The notes beneath the pieces are model-generated. The model saw only the letters and a list, made by a program, of their open reading frames with translations, did no database searches and had not been told where the DNA came from. Of a DNA stretch of 64,000 nt, positions 36,857 through 49,864 are shown piece by piece. Source of the DNA: Antedon mediterranea (Eukaryota; Animalia; Echinodermata); contig NC_092680.1 of assembly GCF_964355755.1 (NCBI RefSeq), forward strand, positions 13,339,045 through 13,403,044, written 5' to 3'. The first letter of the stretch is position 1. The number at the start of each line of letters is the position of its first letter. Made by a program: the position numbers and the translations under genes.

Positions 36857-39090
36857 ATTCATTCATTCAATCTTTAATTTCGGAAACTCTGGTCCATAGA
36901 AAGTAAATTACATATAAATGAAATAAATAAAATAAACAAAATTACTACTACCATCTCAAGATGGCATTCCATCTGGAGAGCATCTTCGACTTAACTAACG
37001 TTGCTTATAATCGTTGAGATTAAAATATTTTTGCTTGCATTAAGTCTACACATCAGGCCATATAATGATATTACAATTCATAAAAAGAGGGAATTCTACA
37101 TTTCGTAAACATGAGGCTGGCACTGCAATGTTGAGGCCTTTGCAACAACATTCTTAAACTATTATTGTAGCATACCTGGAGAGATCGCAAGGTACCTTGA
37201 TTATAGTTGCACCATAATGTAGCACAAAACACATTTCACATTGATAGAACACATACTGACCAAGGAGTTGGCTCGGATACACAAAGATCTGTATTGCCGC
37301 TTTATATCAAACTCATCACATAAATCCAAGGATATAACATGACCAAGATATGTGGTTGAGTCAACATATTCTAAGCTTTTGCCATTAATGGTAATAATAG
37401 GTTTCAATTGAATCCTCCGTGACTTAGGACAGATTATCATACAAGATGATTTCTTATCATTGTAAACATATCATTTTTGGCCGCAAAGCATTCAGAAATT
37501 TTAATTAGATGTTGCAACCCTGATGCAGAAGGTGATATAAGCACCATGTCATCTGCATACGATAGGTTGTTAAATTTAATATTATTTAACTCGCACCCTT
37601 CTTTGCTGTTGCTAAGCTTAATGATAAGATCATTTATATACATATTATACAGATGGGGAGACATCACTCCTCCCTGTATAACACCATTTGATATATGAAA
37701 GGGCTCCGAAAAGGATTCACAATAAAACACTGAATATTATACCACGCTTTTAGTACTCTAACAATTGGACATGGAGTATCATTAATAATTAATTTCTTAA
37801 AAAGTGTCCAATGGTTCACCCTATCAAAGGCTTTAGAAGCATCGAGGCAGCATACATAGACAGGGCTACCATTACGATAGTAGAAATCAACTATTTGTTT
37901 AAAAACAAAAATACAAGTTCCTGTACCATGGTTAGATTTAATGGCAAATTGTCTGTCATCAGAAGTTATAGTATCACCAGATAATTCGATAAGAACATGT
38001 TCTAAAACCTTAGATATTACACAGGCTAGGGCAATCGGTCTATAATTATCCTTGCTTGTAATGTCGCCTGACTTAGATTTTACGATAGGTATGACATCTC
38101 TTGGGACCGTACCGTATTTTAAACAAAGGTTAAAACAAATACTAAAAGTAGAACACAGTTAAATAATGTTTCGTAATGTTTAGCCCAAAGCTTACAGATA
38201 TCATTTTCGCCTTTTACGCAATCAATGTGATCAGGTCGACAGGCAGTTTGGCTATTCATTTTTGCAATATTTCCCCAGAAATTATTATAGTCATTTTCAA
38301 ATAGAGATTTTGCCAAGGCATCAGCTTTATATATCTCTTCGTTAGTTTTACATTGACGAAGAGCTAACTTAAATTTAGACCTACAAATTCTCATAGAATC
38401 ATAAAGTGGACCAAAACGGGGCTTACTATTTTCCCTCCATAATAGAAAGGCTTCTCTAGCAATATCATGTTGTTCACTAACATATTCATTCCAACCGGGG
38501 ATGACCTCAAAATTCTTGGTACATCTCGGTTTAAAGGCGACATTGGATGCCTCTTGAAGACATGTAACAATAGTATCATACAATATATTAACATAATCAC
38601 AGTGATTGTGCTCAGTACAATTATTATTATTCATTATTCACATCGTCAAAATTCAAAATATTGTAATTAAATAATAGTAGATAATGATCAGACCCTACTA
38701 CATCATAACATATAGAAAAATAATAAATGACGTGCACTTTGAGTGGAGACAACATGGTCAATCCAGCTGGTGGACCCATGTGATTCACTTAAAAAAGTAA
38801 AATTATTGGAATCTACACCAAGATAATCAATATCGCATATACTTAGATTATTTTCTATAGTGAACTGTTTAAGCTCTTTACCAAACCGTTTATTAATGTT
38901 GGCATTAAAATCACCTACAAAAATAACTTTATTACCATCAAATTCATCGACAACATTTTGTATCTTACCCAAGTATTCCATGAATTCGATACAATTTTTA
39001 TCGGCATCATAAGGCATGTAAACACTAACTAACATAGTTTTGTTTACTCCGCTACCGATTACTAAACCTACTAGTCTAGTGTTGTCAATA
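36857..39090 (-). mobile_element. Decayed LINE ORF2 (EN + RT, RTE-X-like)
   Basis: SVYMP...GDFNA...SWIDH (EN), IPGWNE linker, QGGVMSP...YADD (RT), YLGHVI; frameshifts; (tgaa)n tail. Confidence 0.88.
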
Positions 39091-39117
39091 TCTGTAACTC
39101 AAGTTACATGCATAATA

Positions 39118-39622
39118 TGCTAAATTAGGATTGTTTACACGGTTAAGAAGGTATTTTCACACAGATCATGAGGAAGTTTTATGATTATGCATACAGAGTA
39201 GCCAAACAAGCGCGTTTCATTATGGGATATGTTTTGATTGAAAACTTTGACTGTCAAAGTTATTTTTTTTACAAAAAAACGTCTGTATTTCAGTTAAAAA
39301 AATGTTTTCGAAAAATTCTTGGTGATAGTTAATAACTATTATGATACTTCAAAATGACTCACCTTTTTTCGAAATCTTTTATTTTTATTTTTTTGGAATT
39401 AGTCAAAGGGACAATACATCTTAAACTTTCACCAAAAATTAGTCGAAAAAAAACCCTGAAATACAGACGTTTTTTTTGACTGGAAGTCAAAGTTTTTGAT
39501 CAAAACATATCTCATAATGCAACGCACTTGTTTGGCTACTCTGTATGCATAATAAAACTTCCTCGCAGTCTGTGAAGACACCTTCTCAATCGTGACGAGT
39601 TTTAAACAATCCTAATAAGCAT
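39118..39622. mobile_element. Palindromic MITE
   Basis: 39118-39295 inverted at 39455-39622. Confidence 0.75.
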
Positions 39623-40517
39623 CTATATTTAAATTTACGTAAGGGCAAAATTCGGTAAATCGCGCGTTATTTCTAGAATGTTTACTCGCTGGTATATAAA
39701 GTTGGTTAGAATCTCGGTACTGATTTTAACCACTTGATGTAACCCTGTGTACTAATTAAATTTAGTTAGATAATTACTTATTGACAATTAAAACGATTTT
39801 AGGTTCAACGATTTGCCCCAAATAGAGGTGTTTTCCGATCGTGGTATACACTGTTTAAATGGATGTCCTCATGAAAAATACCTGCACACAATAATACGAG
39901 GATACTTCACATTTTCCTATCTCACCCTAGGATAATTGTTTTTAATAGCTGAAAACCGGTTGAAAAGCTAGAGTACGGTACACTATCATAATGTTGAAGA
40001 CAGGCCGATTTTCTTAAAAAAATACTATTTTGATAGATTTAATATACGTTTATACAAATGTATTGATTTGCGATTAATGGAACATTCCAATCTCTCAGAC
40101 TCCCAGTTTGTAGGTAAATGTATGAGCCCTTGGTTTAACACAAGTAGGTAAATGTATGGGCCCTTTGAGAATAAAACTTATATAAAGTGTTGCAATAGTT
40201 AACAATTGTAAATACTGTACGTATTAACCATTTTTGGTCGCCATTTGAATCGATGAATTGTTACTGTTAGATATATAAACAAAATATACAAAGAACATTT
40301 ATTACTGTAACTGTGGGTAGATTACGGACAGCTGCTTCTCAACGTTTGTATTAATTAATAATTATGAAAAATCTAAACGCCGTAGTGGTGTATCGTTACA
40401 TGTACTATTTCAATCGACTATAACAGGGACAGTTTTAAACAAGCACGAATGTGCAATACTCGGGGTACAGCGAAAGAAGCTGTATACAGACGTATACAGT
40501 TAGAAAGTAAAGAAAAT

Positions 40518-40589
40518 AGGTTTCGCCAGGGCTCGAACCGGGACCTTCTGCGTGTTAAGCAGACTTGACAACCACTACACTACGAAACC
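40518..40589 (-). tRNA. trnV-AAC: tRNA-Val(AAC), near-intact or young pseudogene
   Basis: ggtttcg/cgaaacc acceptor stem, tctgc-ttAACac-gcaga anticodon arm, ggttcgagcc T loop, downstream T-run; mismatches in D and T stems. Confidence 0.7.
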
Positions 40590-40800
40590 TCTTACATTAA
40601 AAATGTGGGTTACAGAAAGTTTTTTAATCCATTTAAATTACAAATAAATGGTAATAAGCACAAAGCAAAATAAACATGTGTAAAAGTGATAATTACCGAT
40701 TACACAAAATAAGTATTTTAAAAAATAATAAAAATAAGATATACTCTGTATAATTATCATATTGCGTATACAGTACTTTTCACCATAAAGTTAAAAAAAA

Positions 40801-40873
40801 AGGTTTCGTCCGGGCTCGAACCAGGTACCTTCTGCGTGTTAAGCAAACGTGATAACCACTACGCCAAGAATCC
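40801..40873 (-). pseudogene. tRNA-Val(AAC) degenerate copy
   Basis: gtagtggttatcacg..ttaacacgcagaagg..ggttcgagcc; 5' acceptor strand mutated. Confidence 0.7.
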
Positions 40874-41991
40874 GCATATAACCATATAACTACATAACGC
40901 TGTGGTGTGTGTCACACATTGTGGCTTCTTAATTAAACAAATTAATTAACAAAAAATTAAAAATCCGGCTCTATAGCTTTGAGGACATGTCCCTGTAGTA
41001 TGTTCATGCCAAATACCAGCTCAATACTATAACGAATAAGGGAGGAGTAGTACTTTAAAAATCGCACTTTTTACTCAATAGTGTCCAGATGGAGGAAGAG
41101 AAGGAGAAAATGAGCCTGTACTAGACTCGGGTACCCCGAGTAAAAAGTATTATAAATCGTAAATGTTTTACTGTGTTTAGTGGTATATTATTGATAGGCC
41201 TATAAAACATTTAAAACAATATTTCGTTACTGAGTGGCTAGAGAATATATTTAAAAATTGTTCTTCCCATCTTCTTCCCCATCCCTCAACTCTACTGCTA
41301 TATACAAAACACAAATTGGGTTTGTTTAAATGAGTTCAAATAAAAAAATTGGGACTCAATGCCTAATTCCTAGGGTGCTAATTTTACATAAATCGTCGTG
41401 TCTAATTATTCGTTTCTGTAAACGACAATGTACTATAGTCCTGCGGTACGTACATTTTTTATATTGAAATGAATGTGTATTCGAGAACCATCTAGTCATG
41501 CATAATGCATACTTGTGGTTTGAAATCCTTGTTTACTTTTGCTCGCGACGACTTTCCAGACGAAATGTAATCAAATTAATTTACCTGTAAACTTGTTTTT
41601 GGTTCGAATTTTCAACTTAAAGGGAATAACTTTAATATTATTTTGATAATTTAAATTATTTTGACCTTCATTTTTTGTGTTTCAAGGGACAATACATCTT
41701 TAAAGTGTACAGGTTATTGCAGATTAGACTTATACTACAGTGTGTATCATACGTACTGTACAGTATTCGGGACTGTGTTTAAAATTGTTGGTATGTTAGT
41801 AGCTTTTGTTTGTAGGCATTGGGGTTGTTAACAGCTCTCGATGAAAACCCTACAGTTATAATCAAATACAGTACAGTCTGTAAATCATAAGATTGCTGCA
41901 GTTTGGACGTGCTGTAACACAATGACAAACAGTAGGCACAGCACAAGTGAGTTGACAGCAGTCGAGACGCAGAGTTGCGTGACCTCGAAAT

Positions 41992-42830
41992 GGGTGCAGG
42001 TCAAGTCGGCCCCAAACCGTCTCGGCCAAAGTCAAGTCGGCCCCACGTCATGTCGGCCCCAAGTCAACTCGGCCTTAAGTCAACTCGGCCTCAAGTCAAC
42101 TCGGCCTCACGTCAACTCGGCCAAAAACTAATCGGTCAACTCGGCCACAATAAAGTATGGAACGCAAAAAGTGCTTAATATTATTACGATTCTTACTATC
42201 CACGTTTTAAAAAAAATGAAGAAATAAAAAATATAATATCATATAAAAAAATGAACTCATTGCCAATATGAATAGAAGTACCCGCGTGTTACAAAAAATA
42301 CGTGCAGGTACCGTATTTTAGGAAATCGAAGACGGAGGCCTACGTTCCACCATTTGGCCGTAGAAAAAATGATCGTAGGCCTACATCGTTTTTGTGCATG
42401 ATTTGCGTTTTTTAAAAAGGGGAATCCCCCGGTCAGCGAAAACACGTAGCAGTTGTAGATATCGAAAAAGCTGGCGAGGCTCAGCTACGAAATTTTATTA
42501 AACGTAAATAAAGGAAAGTTGGTGAAATCATTCCTATTTTTTTTGCTAAATATATTATTGTCTAAATAATAATGTTCATTAAAAGTCAGAATTATTCATA
42601 GTTAAAAAATTGTGAAGAAATATTATTTTATCAATCCCCTTCATTTGCACTTTTTGCGTTCCATACTTTAACGGGGCCGAGTTGACCGATTATTTTTTGG
42701 CCGAGTTGACGTGAGGCCGAGTTGACTTGAGGCCGAGTTGACTTGAGGCCGAGTTGACTTGAGGCCGACTTGACTTGGGGCCGACTTGACTTTGGCCGAG
42801 ACGGTTTAGGGCCGACTTGGATCGAAACCC
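41992..42830. mobile_element. Foldback/Mutator-like element with (gtcaactcggcc)n TIRs
   Basis: ~185-bp inverted arms; ctcgaaat duplicated at both ends. Confidence 0.85.
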
Positions 42831-42991
42831 TCGAAATTATCACAATCTCGAAATTTGAATTGAATCGCCGCCATTGCTACCGACGATCGAGAGAAAAAAG
42901 TATTGAATTAATCGTAAATGTTTTACTGTGTTTAGTAACATATTTTTTTTAAATTATCATATGTTTCTCTAAATATAGATAAATTGAATAC

Positions 42992-43369
42992 CTGTGCGTC
43001 CATCTAATGTTCTTCGAACAGAAACACTACTGGGATGAGCTCCATTCGTCGTAATAGCAGTGATTAGAGTGTGTTCATCGAGTCTCCCTTTCAATTTCTT
43101 ACTAGACTTTCAACAGCACGTTTTGCAAAACTCTCTGGTTCTTCACCTTTCCTATGGTCGATTAGACTGTGAACAATACTTAGATAGTCTAATCTGCCAT
43201 AGGCAAGGTGGAGCCTTGGATTGACATCTATTTCTCTCACAATGTACCGTACCTGAGGTTTGTGTTTAAATTGAGGTTTTGGAAGCTTAGACATGACTGG
43301 CAGTTTATTGGTTGGACAAACTTTTGCTACAGGAGCACTGGAACCGTGAATGCCTGATGTTGGTTGAGG
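42992..43369 (-). pseudogene. SMAD4: Smad4/Medea-like MH1 exon, frameshifted, with non-Smad N-terminal extension
   Basis: LSIVHSLIDHRKGEEPESFAKRAVESLV /fs/ KLKGRLDE..LITAITTNGAHPS..VRRTLDGR|gtattc. Confidence 0.85.
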
Positions 43370-44541
43370 CTTAAAAAGACATGATTGATTGTGAAAATGT
43401 TGTCATAATTATGGATACAAATTATATTGCAAAATACTGTTAGTGTACTATCAATGAATCATTTCATACAAACTTATGCTTCTTGGTTCCCACTAGAGTT
43501 GACCGATGGCAAGCGACAGACAGTTTGAATAATCCATGTCCTTGTGTGTCGTGTCTCTAGTGAAAACTACGCATAAATTACAGAACAGTAAATCATAGCA
43601 AAAAGCTTACACGACCAATTGATGACATTTTGGGATTTCCAACTTTATCTTGTTCTAAAAAAATAGAATAGTAGACTTGCATTACAATCTATTTATTGTA
43701 TACAAAGAGTGATTAAGATGTGAACGTTCATAAACAAGGTTTGTACACTCCTTGAAAAAAAAATTTCAAAAAATGTGATTTTTTAAAATAAAATTGACCG
43801 GGAATTACCCAGGAACAAATTGAAAAAAAATGTTTTCATGCAATACCATCAAATAATAAATTATAGGACATTTTATAAATAAAAGGGGATACATATATTT
43901 AGGCCTACTGTACTGTACAATACAGTAAAAAAAAGGAGTAAACATATTTATTTGGTTTTCGGTTTGTTTTTTTCTTCTTAACTGGCTACCTGTCAGAAGT
44001 TCTTTTGGAGGGAGACCTTCAAATGTTGTTACTTCCTGGGTTTTGCCTCTTGATTATATATATATAAGGAATAAATGTATTTTTGTATTTAATTTGGCGC
44101 CAGTGGAGCACAGTGATGTAAATATAAATGAAATCACTAAAATTGGATATCTGTTTTTGTGTTTATTGTATATACACTCTACTCGGACCCAATTTGGCGC
44201 CAGTGGATCACAATGATATAAAATAGAAATATATTAAATACATTTTAAGATCTTTTCGTACACACTGCGATCCAGTGGACCATAGTTGGGGCCAGTATCA
44301 TCTGTTCGTATGTAATACACTGTGCTCCAGTGAACCATATTTGGTGCCAGTGGAACACAGTGAATGGTCGCATACAAAGACACATCGACAACAACTACTT
44401 TTCGAATACAAAAATGTTTCAAACTTGTTGGTATAATGTATATAATAGACCAGCTCCAGATTGGTGCCACCCGTAAAGGGCATTATTGACACAATGTTTG
44501 TATATATTATAGACCAGTTTTAGATCTAGCTGGTGCTACCC

Positions 44542-44830
44542 GGGGGTATTGCTAAACACTGCAAACCCCCGCAAACTGTACGACCCACTGGGTATATAAA
44601 TTATTAAATTTCTACTGTTAACTACTTTTTGGGGGATAAAACATCATTTTTTGGATAAAAATTAGCAATCATTTTTGACCAAAAAATAAGTAGTTAACAG
44701 TAGAAATTTAATATTTTTTTTACATGGATATACCTAGTGAGTTGTACACTACATGATTCAATCACTTTTATGTTGGTTCAGTAGGGTTTGCTATATTTTT
44801 TTGGAGGTTTGCAGGGTTTAGCAATACCCC
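44542..44830. mobile_element. Palindromic MITE
   Basis: ggggtattgctaaac.ctgcaaac / gtttgcagggtttagcaatacccc. Confidence 0.75.
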
Positions 44831-45207
44831 CACCCGGAAAGGACATTACAGTAATGACACAATAAACAGGAAAGTTCAGGTAAACGTTTCAGGTACCCAA
44901 AAAAAAAGAGGGTAAAAAGTAAGTATCCAGAAATTAAAAGAAAGAACAAAACAAATCAAACTGTTTTTTTTGTTGAAAACTTATTAATGGGTGCCTTCAA
45001 GGTTGTGTAGAATTACCATCAGCATCTTGGAAATACTACTCAAGTTTAGGATCAGGGTCGATTTGAGGAAATTATTTTCTAGTCGTGGTTGCGTAAATTA
45101 GGTTATCATCGTTGGAAGATACATGGGCATATCACGGAAGCATTTGAGAGACTGCTGTCTCGGATTTATATTGCCGAGTGCAACCGTATAATGACGTAAA
45201 CAAACAT

Positions 45208-46405
45208 GTGCATGTCTATGACAATAAACTATGGTTGGTTACATTCAGTGTATTGGCCTACTGGTATGATATTGTTAAATTGTATTGTACCTGGTTAAGA
45301 GAGTAAAAAAGGCAAATTTCGACCCTTTTAGGTTCAATTAAAACTTAATTCCATGGCACTATCTTTGATGATGATAAAACAATACATCCGTCTGCATTTT
45401 TAACAGTTCAATGCATAACTTAATTCTTAAATTCCATATTTGGGTGATTTTTCTTAGCTCTATCTGTAACTATTAGGCATATACGATACGATAATAATAC
45501 ATCTGAATATATTAATTACATTTTATTTACAATAATTATAAGTCTGACATTTCATTTCATTTAATAATTTTAACAAATATGTGACGCAAACAATGGAAAT
45601 AATAGAATTAGGCCTAGCATATTTATTGAGTAAATATACTGAGAAACAGAAAGTTCTACTGCCAGCAATAGACTGAAATTAATAGGCCTATATAGCATGC
45701 AGGCGTCGTGCCATCACAGAAGCAGATTACGGTAGCTTAGAGTGCCGATTGTTTTAGTGTTTAGAATAGTGATGATGAAACAAGATGGTCGAGTTAATGG
45801 TGAAACAAACATGACCTTAACTGTTGCAAAAAACGCTTATGAGCAGTATTCACAGCCTTCTTTCTTCCACATGGAACAGAATCCTTTTGTAAACACTTGT
45901 CAAGACCGATTAAGTGATGCTCCTATACATTACAGTTACAACAATCAATTCCAATTGCAAACATTTTTTTACTTTCGTGTAAACGCAACTCTGCTCACCT
46001 TGTCAGTCGGTCATATTCACATTTGTTCGTTATTTTGACAGTGGATATTAATACTTGGAAGCAAATATAAATGTTTTAAACAATTGTTCAACATTTAAAA
46101 AAAAATCTGATTTTATTTGTTAATACACAATCGAACATATCTGCATAGGGCATAGGCAGAAAATGAAGAATGTTGTCTATACATAACAATTAATATGCTT
46201 TCTCTTTTAATTCAAATTGTATAGAAATTCTCAAAAACATACCATATTGAAAAAAGTAATTAATTCCATACCTTTAATGCTCAGGCCTATAACTTATCTC
46301 ATAACGATCGCTATGCTTGTCTGAAGTTTGAACTGTACTGCTGTAAGCTTGCTAATATAACCTCCCTGCAAAATGCTCTGTTGTGCCATCCACTTTTGAA
46401 GACGC
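45208..46405 (-). pseudogene. Decayed copy 2 of the unidentified gene (3' part; exon continues at 53085-53193)
   Basis: collinear homology with 29830-30465; last exon HHLIGLDKCLQKDSVPCGRKKAVNTAHKRFLQQLRSCLFHH*. Confidence 0.55.
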
Positions 46406-46409
46406 ATGA

Positions 46410-48665
46410 ATGACATTGTAGAGAGGTCAAGCTAGTGTGCAGAGGAAGTCAAGCTATCAATTTAGTCTATTTATTTTACTTTAAAAAAAAGGATTTTCTA
46501 ATTACATCTTATACCAGTTAGATGCTGAATATTTGGAGATTCTAGATATCTGCTTTGGGTTTTTAAGGTGATTATTTAAAGATTTTAAACTTGTCCTACA
46601 TCTTTTTCTAGGCCCCAATTGTTGTTTTCCGAGCCTTACAAAGCACTCCTATCAAGTCTATTGTTGACAATGGATGACTCAGCTTCAAGCCTAGCTTTTA
46701 GTTACAATGTGAATTTCAGCCATCATTTTATGGTTTTACTGAAGAGGACATTCAATTACAAAAGGAAAATTTATATGCCAAGGTTACACGGGTCTGTAAA
46801 TTACTTGAAGCCTCACGCTCTTCTTTTGTAACATCCACACCTGTAACTACTGATGCACATAGACGGGTTGTAAATAATGAACTTACAAGTCATGAAGACT
46901 ACTCAACACAAACCAAGAGTATGATGGTTAATGCCAGTATTCAGACTCCCCGAGAGTGGGAACAGTCACCTGCACTAAAAGATAAAATAAAGAGCCTAGA
47001 AAACAAAATAAGTGACTTGTGGAAGCTAGTTACCGAACTTAAGAGTGTACAGGGCAACTTTGTACAACTCACATCAGCCTTCAATGAACTTTGTAAACGG
47101 AATGCTTGTCTTGAATCTAAAATCAAAAGTCTACAGCAAGACATATTAGATAAGGAAGAATTTGTCAAACCACAACATACTGCCAGCAAAAATGATGCTG
47201 CATTACCGCCTAAAGTTTTTAAGCTTACAAACCCTTTTACAATATTGCATTGTGAAGAAACGGGATGTGATGTCCCATCAAATGTAGAAGCTCATTGTCA
47301 TACTGGAAATCATGATGCTTATTGCCAAAATCAAGAAATCACTGAAAAGCAATGTCGGGCTATCCCAAGAAATCAATCTGATGCAACCCAACCATCAAAC
47401 TTAAAGATGACAGCAAATCATGAAACAATATCACCACTTAAGTCGAATCTTCTAATTGGCGATTCCATGTTAAAGCATGTGAAACACAGAGGTCTGCTAA
47501 ACACAAGTGTAACAACCCTGCGTGGTGCTACAGTTGAACATGCTGCTCGTACCCTTGAGAGTATGAACCTCAGTTCAGTTTCAAACGTTATTGTTCATGC
47601 CGGAACAAATGACTGTGGTGGTATGGATTTTAACATGGATAAACTTGAGAAAGATTACAAAAAGCTAGTATGATCTGCAAAAAAGGATACCTGGAAAAAT
47701 CTACGTGTCAGGAATTTGCCAACGATTAGACGACCCTCAACTTAATATCAAAGTACTCCAGACGAACGAACGACTACATATGCAAATTCCTTTAATGATA
47801 TTAAATCTGCCAATTGGGATCAAATTAAAAGTGTTTCTGATGTTAACACTGCTTGGTCAGTTTGGAAATGTTTATTCGAGAACATCTGTAACACCAATGC
47901 TCCCCTTAAAACAAAGAGAATAAAAGGCTCACTTCCTGAATGTATTAGTAGTGATTACATAAGACTAACAAAATATCGAGATTATCATTATAACAAAGCC
48001 CACAAGACTAATAGTGCCCAAGATTGGAAACAAGCAAAATCACTGAGAAATAAAGTAAACAATTTAAATATTGAGCTAAAAAGGAAATACTGCACAAACT
48101 TAATCAGTGAAAATGTTAAAAACCCCAAGAAACGTTGGAGTACAATTCATAAATTAATTCCAAAGAATATTGTAAATGTTGGTAAAGTCTCAAATTCTTC
48201 ATGTGATAAAGATATAGCAAATAAATTAAATTAATTTAATTTTCAAACAATTCTTTAAACACTACTACTAACAACACTAATGTAAATGTAAATATTGAAA
48301 ACCAATTTAAATTTGATTTTATATCACCACAGTATGTGTTTGATGAATTTTGTAAACTTTCTGGTAACAAAGCCACTGGTATAGATGGCTTAGAATTGTA
48401 AATTGGTAAAATTGGCCGCACCAGTGATTTGTGATACAATTGCTTATATCTGTAATTTATCTTTATTTTCTGAATGGAAGAAAGCAAAAGTAACTCCAGT
48501 TTTCAAAGATGGTGATAAAAACGACCCAAGCAATTATAGACCAATCTCTGTGCTGCCAATTATTTCCAAAATAATTGAACGAACAGTTCATAATCAACTG
48601 TATAACTTTTTAACTGCTAATAATATTATTAATGCATCTCAATCAGGGTTTAGAAAAAACCATGG
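46410..48665 (+). mobile_element. CR1/L2-type LINE: ORF1 (coiled coil + SGNH esterase) and broken ORF2
   Basis: 46921-47673 LLIGDSM..RGAT..VIVHAGTND; WKKAKVTPVFKDG..NYRPISVLP..QSGFR; EN domain missing. Confidence 0.88.
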
Positions 48666-49655
48666 TTTTTTCCTATTTACAGTTTTAACAGAACGGTTAA
48701 CAAAAGGTGCATGTGTATTACAAAAATCATTAAAAGTCAAATAAAAATTATCATGAGCAACATTTACTTGCTTGAATAGACATTTTCCCATTCTAGATTA
48801 GACAAATCATGCAAAATATTTTCTGAACTAAAGTGACTAAAATCACGAAATGAAATAAATTGATTGGGGACATTTAAGTTGTAATGCTCAAATATGACAT
48901 ATGTTGGGAGGTGATCGGCGATATCACAAATTAAAGTACCACTGTGAACAGAAAAGTCATCGATATTTGTATAAATATGATCTATTAATGTTTTTGAGTG
49001 ATCGGTATATCTAGATTGGGTAGAGAGAATTTGGTTTATATTAAGGCAATTAAGGCTTGAAATAAACGTTTGACAATCATTGTCTAATGGTTTTAAAAGG
49101 TCAAAGTTAAAATCTCCAATAAGAATGCAGCGTTTTTTATCAACATTTTTAGTGAATACAAAACATCTAGTAAACTATTACAAAATTCAGAAACATTCGT
49201 ATTGCATCGTCTGTAAATGATACCAATTGTAATATTAGTGTGGTTATCAGACACATCTAGCCATAGAGTTTCACAATGGATAACACTATGGTCAAGGACA
49301 TTATAATTAAGTGATGAATGAATATAAGCAGCAACCCCACCACTCCTGCCAATTTCTCGACATCTATATTCAAATGAGTATGAATCCTTAGTATAAAGAT
49401 CAGGATTTTCAATACCCCATATTTCAGATAATGCAATAACTTTTAGGTCACCCAATAAATCATAAACATGATTAAATTCCTCAAAGTTTGTATTCATTGA
49501 CCGAACGTTAGTATGTAACACAGAGAAGGATTTTGAAAGTATACTATTATATTTATCGTGGAATTCAGCAGGAGTAACGTTTTGGCTGTTTTCAACGCCA
49601 AGATTTAATGAGTCCTCTTCAGCAAAATAAAATTCATTCATATGACATTAATATC
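48666..49655 (-). mobile_element. Second LINE ORF2 5' part (AP endonuclease), inverted
   Basis: SVLHTNVRS..IALSEIW..GGVAAY..GIIYR; DH motifs further downstream. Confidence 0.85.
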
Positions 49656-49669
49656 AGTGATCAGTGGCT

Positions 49670-49863
49670 GTGATGTACTAATACACCGGGGTAACCCCTA
49701 CTCGTCTCGAAAGATGTACTAGGTTCTTTAAAGTGCACACGAGCTAGTTGAGTACACTGGACCTACGGTTTATAGTCCTTATCCAAGAAGACTCGTTCTA
49801 CCACCAGAACCATGGAGTGAGTGAGCCTCGAACTCTTGCCGATGTTATGGCTACGTAATTACG
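49670..49863 (-). mobile_element. Deu-domain SINE, partial
   Basis: reverse-complement match to 32725-32835; retains B box gagttcgagg. Confidence 0.75.
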
Positions 49864-49864
49864 T

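Larger units (their letters stand above)
40437..41143 (-). mobile_element. HINE/DINE-1-like element carrying two tRNA-Val copies
   Basis: perfect 12-bp subTIR 40457-40468 / 41131-41142; hairpins gcac-gaat-gtgc and actcggg-tac-cccgagt. Confidence 0.65.
36659..41699. mobile_element. Kolobok-like element (TTAA TSD, ~200-bp TIRs) enclosing nested insertions
   Basis: ttaa|agatgcattgtcccttgaaacac... mirrored by ...gtgtttcaagggacaatacatct|ttaa. Confidence 0.55.

Noticed and set aside
39790-39906. Minus-strand VKYPRIIVCRYFS, faintly like the next Smad MH1 exon (FPHVIYARLWRW)
   Set aside because: Similarity too weak, with in-frame stops; needs a profile search
48666-49655. Twin-priming 5' inversion of a single LINE
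   Set aside because: The post-endonuclease linker occurs in both fragments with different sequences, so they are different elements
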